From contig NW_026262723.1 in the NCBI RefSeq assembly GCF_021869535.1, positions 3,472,001 to 3,536,000 on the forward strand: DNA of 64,000 bases, read 5' to 3'. Made by a program: the position numbers and the translations under genes. The notes under the pieces were generated by a model that saw only the letters and a program-made list of their open reading frames with translations, did not search any database and was not told the DNA's origin. This DNA comes from Mytilus californianus. Its lineage: Eukaryota. Below, one piece after another: positions 25,204-37,100 of this stretch; positions within the stretch are counted from its first letter, which is position 1, and each line of letters opens with the position of its first letter.

Positions 25204-26519
25204 CACCTTGTAATGATCATAATTGTTTGTCGTGATTTCAACTCGATAATAGTGTTTCTTCCCCCTAAATTTTATAAGCCTCATTGAGCAGGATGAAACT
25301 ACCCCAGACTTCTAACAATCTGAAACTTTTCAAGTACTTTCTATATGCTCATGTGCATTTTCTTGTAAGCATATAGTTTTGTACTTGGACAGATAATCAG
25401 AATGATCAACAATCAAGTATTGACAATGTTAATTGGTCTCGTTTGTTTGAACAACCACTGTGAACCAGGTAATTTTTAATTCAGCCTTGTACAATGTATA
25501 TACAATCAGTCATTTTTATAACACAAGGGTTACAAATAAGAACATCCTAAATAAAATATGCAAATGACTAGTTTAATTTGATTATAGCGTCATAACTGTA
25601 TGAAGCACCTTAGACTAAAATATATCTTGCATGCCTTTTGCCAGTTTTGATCAAAGATAGTTGGGCAATGGCACACATGTAAATATGAATAAAAAGAGAT
25701 GTAAGAAGTTTTGTACTAAACTTTTGAGAAAGTTACCCAATAACAATAATAACAAAAACACATGTACAACATATCTTGACAATTTTGGCAATTGTTTAAC
25801 TTAATTTAGCCATCCATCATTCATGCCATTAGTTGTTTATGGGGAAGACATCAGGCATTTTTTGTAATGACAAACATTAACAATAACTTCAAATTTAAGA
25901 AAAAGACTTTCTTTTTCAATTACATTTATTTTTCAATTACATACAGGAAAAAGATATTTTTTTAAATCAACATTGTTTTAATTTTATATAATTTCACCAT
26001 TCACAAGTTTACTCCTTTTCTCTAATTTTTTTTGAAGAGATGTTAATGGTTGATGGAGAAGTACAACCATATATGTATCTTAAATTAAATAATTGAAAAA
26101 AATTCAACAATCTTTTTATAATATGAAAGAATGTGAAACTGTTAAATCACCATGACTGTTGTTCAGAAGCTTGCCAGTTTATTTTGTAAATTACTATACC
26201 CTTATCATTAAATTGCTTTATTTAAATATTAAAATATTTCACACTTTTAGTCATGTGGTCTTTGCAGGAAAGATATCACTTCATGTGTTCTTATATAAAG
26301 CTAATATTTAAAGTTATAGGCTTGAAGTAGAGATTTACAATATGCATGTACATCTGGCATGCAGAATGTTGAAAGCAAGTAAAGAACTTACTTTATGCGA
26401 TATCTGTAATGATTTATGCATACTTTCACTCCACACTGTAACTAAACTTACTGTAACCTGTACTATATACAAAAGTATAGATACAACACATGAGATTTAC
26501 AACTACTACATCAATCGGA

Positions 26520-26905
26520 TGAGTTGAGCATGATACACACATGACTTTCTCATGTACTTAGCTTTCATGCGTAAATCATGCGTTTACAATATATGCCATA
26601 CACACATGTTTTTATTACATGCGAAAAGCGCATGTGAAGATCATGCGTTTTACTCATACTTCAAAAAACGCTTGATTATCGCACGATTCACACATGATTT
26701 ACGCAGGTTATAGCCTTCATGCGTAAATCATGCGTTTAAAAAATTATGCGATACACGCATGTGAAATACATGCGAAAACCGCACGTGAAGATCATGCGAT
26801 TTAGGCATACTTCATATTTCGCATGATTTACGCATGATTCACGCATGATTTTTGCATGTAATGGCATTCGTGCGTATATCATGCGTGGCACTTTTGCCTG
26901 TGTAT
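26520..26905. repeat. CATGCG-rich repeat, ~152-bp period
   Basis: TCATGCGTAAATCATGCGTTT at 26565 and 26717; dense CATG/CGCATG/GCATG motifs. Confidence 0.75.
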
Positions 26906-27837
26906 GTTTCGGAGTTTAGTGTGGCGTCCATTTTCGCTGACCTAGTATACATAATGGTTTAGGGGCCAGCTGAAGCCCGCTTCATAGTGCGGGAATTTCT
27001 CAATCATTCACTGTCTTGGGCTGTTTTCTGGTCTTTGGTCGGATTGTTGTCTCATTGACATATTCCCCATTTTTATTCTCATTTTTACATCGGATGTGAC
27101 CTTGAGAGGTCATAACGGTGTTATGTTGCCGCAGAAATTTCCCTTGCGTTTTTGACTGATAACCGAACGTATTTCGTATAAATACGCGGATATTATCGAG
27201 TGCAAAATAACATTCCTTATCGCTTGTTATAAATTCATTTCTTCAATGAATACTCATGTAAGAACATAAATAAATAACATGAAAATGTTTTGTCGTGAAA
27301 AAAAAATATATTTATCTATATGTATGAAAATATGTATAAAAATCATTAATATCTACGCACACGTACCGAAAAATTGTGTTTGCGGATAAATATCTCTTAT
27401 CGCTTGTTATATATTAGTTTCATCAATAAATATTCATTAGCGGGAGAAACATGAATGCCTACTCAAATCAAACCTATTAGAAACCCCTAGCGCCCCCCCC
27501 CCCCCCCCTCCACATGGATCCGCTTATGTAGATGGATGAAAATTTGCAGTAGAGTTATTAAGATGATCTGCTATATATATAACTGTTATACAAATATTAA
27601 TATAATATATAACAACAAATCAAATTATACTCAGTCTGATAACAAATGATTGTCCCATGATTATACCACCACAATATAATGATTATTACGGTGAGTTTGA
27701 ACTCCCTGACATTTATTTATCATCCACACAGGAACTTGTCTCAGAAAAACAATATATCGATGTTGTACCTTAACCTAACTTTCAGGTATAGAGATATATT
27801 TTTTTTTCTGAGACAAGTGCTTATGACTATCCACCTG

Positions 27838-27973
27838 GCCTTGCGGTCATAAAACTTTCGAGCACGATTTTTGTACTCAGACTCAGAAATCAACCAATCA
27901 AAATCCTGGATTTGGTGTTTCGAGCACAAATTTTGTACTTCGAGTACTGAGTAAAGTTTTATGACCGAGAGCC
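27838..27973. mobile_element. 136-bp Harbinger-like MITE unique to triplication copy 2
   Basis: TIR core CGGTCATAAAACTT / AAGTTTTATGACCG; flanks CTG/CAG; copies 1 and 3 lack it (copy 1 empty site TATCCACCAGAAC). Confidence 0.7.
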
Positions 27974-30127
27974 CAGAACTTGCGGTCATCCGATGTTCAG
28001 TACTTCAGTACATTGATTAAGTATGGTTTACTACATACCGGAAAGCATTAAGTTCAGTGAATTTACCTGTTCAATAGAAAGAATATAAGAAATATACATT
28101 TCTTTTCAGTGTCATAATAACGAACAAGTTCAATAGTTTTGTTAACCCGGTTTGTCTTGAAAAAAAATAATTAATTATTTCACAGGATTGTAATGATCTG
28201 ACTGACTTTCTCTTACAGACAGACAGTTGACTCAACCGATGAACGCGTTTGTATTATGTCAGGTTGACATGGTTGAGGGATATCTCGATTCACAGATACG
28301 TTTGACATCTCACCTATATTTTGTTTCAATGCATTACAAATTGTATATTTGATAACAATATGACGCTCATAACAATGTAGAACAAATCTAACTGATGCTT
28401 TCCTAGTTAGATTTTGGATGTTTCTCTTTCACAAGAAAATCTCTTTGCAATAATTTCCACCAAAGGAGACGTTTTCGTTTCTTATTTCGATTTATATATT
28501 ACTATTCTAGACGCAATACTGCATCACTGTGAAACTGTCTTGGGAATGTGTAACTTGTCAACGTATTTGGCCTCACTTCGTTTGGAGTAAACGATTCTTT
28601 GATTGTTTGATTTAACCCTTACTTATGAGAACATCGGTACACTACCTTAATTATATTTACTATTATCTACTTACTGAAAATTTTTTTCTGTAACTTTGTT
28701 TAAAATAAAAACTCCAGCATTAAATATTTAAAAATTTTAGATATTTTATGGCCATTTCAATACCACACCCGTTTCAAGCTAAGACATCAATACAATCCCG
28801 AGTCTCTGCTCGAGATATTATTTTGCTTTGGTTCGATACCCTGTGCAGTATTAAAAAAAAAATACATGTACTATAAATTTAAGAATATGCTTAAAACAGA
28901 CTTTTATCTGTTGATGTTTTTACAAAACATCTGCAACCATGACTTATATTGATATCAATATAAATAAGAAGATGTTGTATGAGTGCCAATGAGACAACTC
29001 TCCATTCAAGTCACAATGTATAAAAAGTTAACAATTATAGGTCAAAGTACGGCCTTCAACACGGAGCCTTGCCTAACACCGAACAGCAAACAAAATGACT
29101 AAAAGTGTGAAATAATTCAAACAGGAAAACCAACGGTCTAATCTATATGAAAAACGAGAAACGAGAAACACCTATGAACCACACCAACAATCGACAACCA
29201 CTGAACAATCACAATGGATGACCTTGAGAGGTCATTCTGGTGTTATGTTGCCGCAGCAATTTCCCTTGCGCTTTTGACTGATAACCGAACGTATTTCGTA
29301 TAAATATGCGGATATTATCGAGTGCAAAATAACATTCCTTATCGCATGTTATAAATTCAGTTCTTCAATGAATACTCATGAAAGAACATAAATAAATAAT
29401 ATGGAAATGTTTTGTCATGAGAAATATATATATATATATTTCGATTCCTCAAAATTTAAGAGTCTATCCTAAATTGAGGTAAATTATATGGCCTTCCAAA
29501 TACCGTTTTGGTTCCTAACATCACTGAAGAGACATTAATTGTCGAAATCCGGATATGGTGCACCTTTTGTTTGCGGTATACCATCTTTTCCGCAAGTTTA
29601 TTGTTTTCTGTTTGGTATTAAATTAATAGTTAAGATCCATTTTGTTACATCTTGTGATCCGTTTATTTGGCAATCGCCAATGGCAGTCAGCAGGGTTTAA
29701 GAACATCCGTTGTTCGATCTGCTAGTCAAATGCGTTTTGTTAAAATATACTTTTTCACTTTTTAGGTCGTTTGGAAAATGTTGTTTGTGCTGTATTTCAG
29801 ACCCGTCTACCAAGAAATTTGTTTTGCATGCACACGTGTAAAAATTGCGGTTTTTATCCAACGCAATCATAGGTTTGAACGTTGTTTTCAATTTAGACTT
29901 GTATATATATATATATGCAAACGTACCTGAAAATTGTGTTTGCGGATGAATATCTCTTATCGCTTGTTATATATTAATTTCATCAATAAATATTCATTAG
30001 CAGGAGAAATATGAATGCCTACTCAAATCAAACCTTTTAGAAAAACGAATTATTACAGAAGAGTGTCCATCATGCAATTGCACTGCACTATCATTAGAAT
30101 AGTAGAATATGGAATGATGATATAAAT

Positions 30128-30243
30128 CAGTGGCGGATCCAAAACTTATTATAAGAGGGGGAGGGACGGGGAGGGGGGCACTGACTGCCATAAGAAAGGG
30201 GAGCCCGGGCCCCCAAGCCTCCCTCCCCCCGGATCCGCCTATG
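30128..30243. mobile_element. Internally deleted orthologue of the 23049 MITE
   Basis: Same termini and site; flanks TAAAT/TAAAC; 116 vs 183 bp. Confidence 0.85.
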
Positions 30244-32804
30244 TAAACGGATGACAATTTGCCAGTAGAAATATCTGCTATATATATAACTTTTATACAA
30301 ATATCAATATAATATATAAAGCAAACCAGATTATACTGATAACAAATGATTGTCCCATGATTATATCACTACAGTATAATGATTATTACGGTGAGGTTGA
30401 ACTCCCTGACATTTATTCATCATCCACAACACAGGAACTTGTCTCAGAAAAAAAATATATCGATGTTGTACCCTTACCAAACTTTCAGGTATAGAAATAT
30501 AATTTTTTTTCTGAAACAAGTGCTTATGACTATCTACCAGATCTTGCGGTCATCCATTGTTCAGTACTTCAGTACTTTGATTAAATATGGTTTACTACAT
30601 ACCAGAAAGCTTTAGGTTCAGTGAATTTACCTGTTCAATAGAAAGAATATAAGAAATATACATTTCTTTTCAGTGTCATAATAACGAATAAGTTCAATAA
30701 CTTTGTTAACCAGGTTTGTCTTGAAAAAATTTAATTAATTATTTCACAGGATTGTAATGATCTGACTGATTTTCTCTTACAGACAGACAGTTGACTCAAC
30801 CGATGAACGCGTTTGTATTATGCCAGGTTAACATGGTTGAGGGATATCATCTCGATTCACAAATACGTTTGACATCTCACCTATATTTTGTTTCAATGCA
30901 TTACAAATTGTATATTGGATAAACATATGACTCTTATTACAATGAAGAACACATCTTACTGATGCCTTCCTAGTTGGATTTTGGATGTTTCTCTTTCACA
31001 AGAAAGTCTCTTTTGCAATAATTGCTAAGAGTTTCATGTTGATGTAACCACTACCTAACGATAAACCACTTTATACCAAAACTGTATCCATATACAAGAC
31101 GGAGGGACGCACAGATCGGACAACATAATGTTCAATACCGTCGTATTCGGGTCTAAAACCATACTTTTAGAACGATAGACGCGACGAATAGACATCGATC
31201 AGACAATAAATTAAAAACCTATGGTAAATGAAATACGCTGTATAACAAATGGTCAACAAATATGAGAAAGCTGGAGCAATGTTAACCCAAGTTTTACAAA
31301 AAGATCGGGGTGAACTAATAAAAGTAGGGCTAACAGTTAATACTTTAGTGACAGCCATCGTGTTATATCGAAGAGTAACAGTGCTTATTGATAAGGCTTC
31401 ATATCATAACGGATTTATGGATGCCTTTTGTCTAACTCGAAGACATTACCTATTCAGACTTAAACCATCAGTACATGGAACTGATACATGACAAATGTGA
31501 AACAAGCAGTTTTGTTAGGACAGGATCGACCGAAAAAACTTAGGTGTTTTAAACTAACATCTTCCTATATCTATATAGCAAAAAACAAATTGAATACATA
31601 CAACTAAAGCAAGAGGAACACAAACCACCACTTAACAACATAAAACTAAGGGTACCCGAGTCCGTTGCTAAGTTTATCTATGATACCATTTACGTTAGAG
31701 GGAGCATGGGATTGTGACTACGACAAATGAAACATATTCAATAATCATTTCATTTAAAAGAAACGTCAACAAATCAGTTGTTAAATAGACGTGTTACGAA
31801 AAGGTATATTCTCGACGCTGAGGTTGACAAATTAGACTTTAAATGTGGGGACTGTGTCGAAACATTGATTATCGATTAAAACCGGTAAAATTCATGTTAA
31901 CCAGGTATCCTACACACTTCTTTCGTTCGTTTGAAATCATGTTAATTTAGAAAGATTATTTTCTGATATCATTGCTTATGATTATAGGACGGGAACGGTG
32001 AACGTGTGTGCGGATGGGGGGGGGGGGGGGTTGGAGGGGGGGAGGGGGTTGATAGTAATTCAAGTGCACTTCTAGATTTGAAAAAAAATCACATAATAAG
32101 CCACTTTGATTTTGTTTATATTAATTACTGTTCTTCGAGCATAATTATCACTCTGACACTCCACTACTTAACCTCGTCCTGAAAATGCATGAAATATTTG
32201 TCACTGGATGAACAACAAACAACAATCAATCGAACTCTACTAAACCCGCACAAAACTCCACAGTCTGGTCTGGTTGATTTTGAGTTTGAATGTTTTAAGC
32301 GGCAAAAAGCGTGTTCAACATATACACGAAATCCCGAACGATAATCGCAAGTTAACTTCTTTCTGCTCTTGGTCTACATGTAGCTCTAAGTTTACGACGC
32401 CTTTAGAGAAAACGAGCGTAGAACTACATGTGGTATATTTCATTACTTAAAATGACAAAAACCTGGTTGGAAATCTAATTCCATACCTGGTCAATTGAAG
32501 CCAGTAAATTATCCTGCTGACCTATGAAACTACTGCGTGTGAATTTTACAAAAAATAATGTACATGATTCCTATATATTGTCCACAAAACATGCGTATGT
32601 ATGCAATGCCGGTATCTGGTATAAAATTGCTCCCGAGGCCCCGTGTGTGGTATGTAAATGTCATGACAATTGCTATAAATTGTCCCTAACGCTGAGGGCA
32701 TTTTATGCCAACAGCCACGTAGTTGTCGAAATTTTTCTACGGTCGACTAAGAAATATTTAGTGTATAGATTTCACAAAGAATTGGTATCTATGCATGTCG
32801 GCAT

Positions 32805-33560
32805 TCACCTGAAAAGCTAACCAAACCTTTAAATAGACTTATTCGGAAAGGATATAGTTACGATACTGTTGTCAAGTCATTGAGGATTGCATATTTTGGT
32901 ATTAATATTGATTCACTCATAGGGTCTTTGCATCGGAAATAAACACATTTATTCTAAAACCAGTTGTTGGCATTATACGGGTTATGTTCTTCTCATATAT
33001 TTTATGATGGTATGGTACTAAACCCCTAACGGGAGGGATTGTACTTGATTTTCATATGATGAAGACATAATCTTTCAATCAGTTTAATTGAGGTTTGGAG
33101 CTGGCATGTCAGTAACTGCTAGTAGTCCTTTGTTTATTTATGTATCATTGTCATTTTGCTTAGTTTCTTTTGTTACCTATTTTGACATCGGACTCGGACT
33201 TCTTTTAAACTGAGTTTTACTGTGCGTATTGCTATGTGTTTCTTTTTTCTACATTGGCTAGGGTATAGGGGGAGGGTTGAGATCTCACAAAACATGTTTA
33301 ACCCCGCCGCATTTTTCCGCCAGTCCAAAGTCAGGAGCCTTAATATTAGTTCATTTATATGTTTTGGAGTTTAGTGTGACGTCAATTTTCACTGAACTAG
33401 TACACACTTTTATTTAGGGGCCAGCTGAAGACCACCTCCGGGTGCGGGATTTTCTCGCTGCATTGAAGACCCATTGGGGGCCTTCGGCTGTTGTCTGCTC
33501 GTTGGTCGGGTTGTTGTCTCTTTGACATATTCCTCATTTCCATTCTCAATTTTACTTGTG
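32805..33560. repeat. Penelope-like 3' tail followed by common interspersed repeats
   Basis: CACCTGAAAAGCTAACCAAACCTTTAAATAGACTTATT matches 2400-2470. Confidence 0.55.
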
Positions 33561-34249
33561 CACTTAATTGAAGCATGAACAGAAACCTCAAAGAGAAACA
33601 TGCTGAAATATGTATAAAGATGTCAAACAGGCGAAAAACGAGACACATTCGACATAGAACCCTTACATGAGGAATTACAATTTCAGTTTAAACTTTCTTT
33701 TCCTAAGACTTAGTTAAAGTTAAAGTTAAAGAAATAAACAAAGAAACCACATGCCTAAGACTTTTCGGACTGCTTGAAAGGCTGATCAATCGGGTAAGAC
33801 AATGTATAGGATGTCTTTTTCTAAAGATTCTCATTTCGTTGGGTCGAACAAGTAACATTTTACATGAAAATAATATAAAGGGGGGGGGGGGGGGGGGGGG
33901 GTGGTAGGGGTTGTTTCTCTCTTTTCTTCTCGATTTTATATCCTTTCTACAATACTCATGCCTCCTGTTAGTGTTCCAAAAGAAAGAAATATTATGGGAA
34001 TCATCATTTTATTCCTCAAGGAATTATTGTTATGGACTTTTTGTCCATAATAAAGAGATCAAAGGGACGTCTTTTATAAGGAACAAATATACGTGGACAT
34101 CAGTACTATGCAGTTAAAACACAAGATCTATATTCAATTGGTACACAGGTAATTTAAATCTTTAAATCACTTTTGTGTTTTGATACGATACCCGCATTTA
34201 AAGTCTAATTTGTCAACCTCTGCGTCGAGTATATACCATTTCGTAACAT

Positions 34250-36050
34250 GTCTATTAGAACCTCAATTGTTTATTTTTTAATTTGAAAACGTAATTTATA
34301 AAACACAATGCAAAGTTTGATGATTTGTTCATTCTTTAATATTGTTTAAAAAAAGATATCGATTTCAAAGTAAGTATGATTTATTTTTACGTCACCTCAT
34401 GTTGTTATATATTTGCATCGATGCAATTTGGGTACTCCTCATAACAGAATCATGGACGGTTAAGAAGTTGGTTCAAACCCATTTTTCTCTGATTCAATAA
34501 TGATTCAAAATTAAATTGGTAGAACTATATAGTGAATAATGATATATCTACACAATAAACACAGAATGGAAACTTTTGTCTTGATCATAAATAAACGAGG
34601 TAAAAAAACTGTCAAAAAATGTGCAATTTTGGTAACCTCGCGTTATATGTAAGAGACACAGGAAGGCTGAAAACAAACAAAATCATGATTAAAAACAATG
34701 GGTACAGTCTTGTTAGTGGTAATTAAGTACAGGTCATTAAGTATTAGAACATTGTCCTCTCTGAAATTCAAAACCATTATTCGACCGAAAACATTGAAGA
34801 CATCATGCCGAATAGAAAAACAACGAGGAGACGAGCAACAGTCCACAAAACACTACAGAGATAACTGAAGATAAAGCAAGACGAATCCAACAAAAACAGG
34901 GGTTCTGGAAGGATAAGCATTTCATGCTGTCCTACGTTGTGAAAATAATTTGTTAAGGTAGTTTCGCTGAATATCGGCCTCTTGGATTGTAAAATAGCAG
35001 TACACAATCCGTCTAGTTCTTTGCTTAAATCTGCAAATTGTTGAGACAGAATGGCAATGTATGTGTAAGACTGTTAATTTAAATAAAGAAACATATTAAG
35101 TGATTTATTGTATTATTTAGACTAAATACTAAACAAATACCAAATATTTGATTTTGTTCGATTCAACTTTTCCACTTAGCCATATTATATGGCATATACG
35201 GGGAGACAACGCTAAGAGTATTTTGTTTTATAAAGGAATGTTAACGAAACAAACAACAGTATACAAAATTCAACATAGAAAACTTAAGACCGAGCAACAC
35301 GAACCCCACCAGAAAGGGAGGTGATCTCAGGTGCTTCGGAAAGGTAAGCAGACCCTGCTCCACACGTTCTTCCGTCGTGTTGCCCCTATAAGTACAATAA
35401 CGGTGATAAGTCTAATTCTGTACGGAACATTCGAGGAAAGGAGAAGGAATTGTGATTAAGACAATTGGAACATATCCGTCGTCATTTGTAAAACAGATAT
35501 TCCATAACGGTCAACCAACTCGTGATGGCGTCCGTAAAATGTTCGGAGATGATTTCAACTTCATCACCTGAAACTCTTGGTTTAATAGCTTCCTTGTGAG
35601 CAGCAACCTTCTACCAAGAAAACACAAGCTCTTGAGTATCGTATAATTTAGGAGATATATATTCCATATGCAGGCGCAGTGTGAATGTTGCTACATAGAA
35701 ATGGAAAGTTCACAAAGTTTGAAAGCTGAACTTTTGCTTTCTTTTCTTCTTCTGATAACTGTTCCAAACTATATTCCAATTTTTCTTGTCCTTAAATTTG
35801 AACTTTTCTGTTTGCAGTTTCTATTTACATTATAAAATATTTTGATATTGACATTACGAACTTTATTACCTAGTCTTATCAAAATTGAGATACGTAACAA
35901 ATATAAATATTAATTCATTACTCCGCTGTTCATTTGTACCTGAATTAAACCACACATAACAGACATGACATTCCATACCAGAAACTGAAAGTGATGTAAT
36001 GTCTAGTGTTCTGGAAGATTATGTGTGTTTTGCTTTGAATGCTACAACCA
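34250..36050 (+). pseudogene. Promoter and decayed exon 1 of a third C-type lectin unit (no exons 2-4 found)
   Basis: 34640-35130 aligns with 39970-40450; 35740-35910 aligns with 41085-41325; ATGTCTAGTGTTCTG at 35999 resembles CTL-A ATGTCTTCTGTTCTG but has no GTAAG donor. Confidence 0.55.
35270..35720 (-). mobile_element. Penelope-like RT 3' relic
   Basis: Minus strand VNFPFLCSNIH.APAYGIYIS.IIRYSRAC. Confidence 0.65.
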
Positions 36051-36840
36051 TACTATTTTTCAATACTTAATGTTTTCCATAGTCCGATAAATTATGTACC
36101 TGAGTAATGCAGAACAATTACTACAGTATTTTCATTACGTTTCTAACAACTGCAAAAGAAAAGGTATGATAAGGCCATCGAATAGGCCCTTTGAACTAAA
36201 AAAATCAGAAACTATTATAAATTTACCAAATAACATTATTCAGACGTTCACATTAGTCTGTCGGACATCACTATTTACATTTTTTGAAATATGTCCAACC
36301 TATTGTCATTTAGGCTTCAAACTTCTAATACACAGTGCAAGATAGCTAAACCTATCGAAGAGCCTCATTTTGCGATCTTGCCATTATTCATATATTTAGA
36401 TATAATCAAGATCTTTATCCAAAAATATATTTTGCTACAATGTTTTTAACAAAGGTGTTAATGTATGTTCAATATCTTTTGGGTAAAGCTGTTGCTCATA
36501 TATATTATTCGTAAAATGGCCATTGTAGGTCAAATAAATAAATTTCGACTCTTGTATGAAGTCATAGTGACAACTAAAGTGATTTTTCAGGATTAAACTT
36601 ACCAGATCAAAGCAACTGTTTTATTTATCAATAAAATGATAATAATTTTGAATAGGCTTGAATAATTTTAAATTCATAGTTGTGCAGTTCATGGTCTAGA
36701 TAATAGCTATTATCATACTCTTACCGTACCATTGGAGCAGACACATCGTTAAATGTAACCTTAAAATCAGCCGAAAGAAGATAACGGAAGATTTTATATA
36801 AATATGTCTTCTTTGTTTTTTTTTATAGTATTTTAAAAGA

Positions 36841-37100
36841 TTGATTGATTGATATATGTTGGTGTTTAACTCCACTTCAACGCTATTGGCTATATCAAGG
36901 CGATTAGTTTTCATAGATGGAGATAGCCAGAATGGCCGGATAGAACCATTGATCTTCGGCAGGAAAATGTACAATCCTAGTCATTTGAGATTGGAATCGA
37001 ACGCTAATGCCACGTGCGGGGTTCGGACTCGCAACCTCAGTTTTGACAAGCTAGTGATGCAGTAGATGAACTTCTGAGACCACTCCACCACCGAGGCCCC
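36841..37100 (-). mobile_element. V-domain SINE, diverged copy
   Basis: Ends CCACCACCGAGGCCCC; B-box-like GGGGTTCGGACTC; (GATT)n tail. Confidence 0.75.

Larger units (their letters stand above)
22160..31020 (+). repeat. Direct segmental triplication of a ~2-2.3 kb unit (~22160-24500, ~27100-28920, ~29220-31020)
   Basis: Long colinear shared blocks: GACAGACAGTTGACTCAACCGATGAACGCG at ~23780/28200/30782, and GACTTATGAGAACATCGGTACACTACC at ~22172/24180/28620. Confidence 0.9.

Noticed and set aside
31249-31491. 80-aa ORF with a hydrophobic stretch
   Set aside because: No recognisable motif or splice context; unsupported without expression data.
33879-33902. Long poly-G/poly-C runs (also ~32016, ~38848)
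   Set aside because: Simple homopolymers, typical of the host or MITE remnants; their lengths are unreliable in assemblies.
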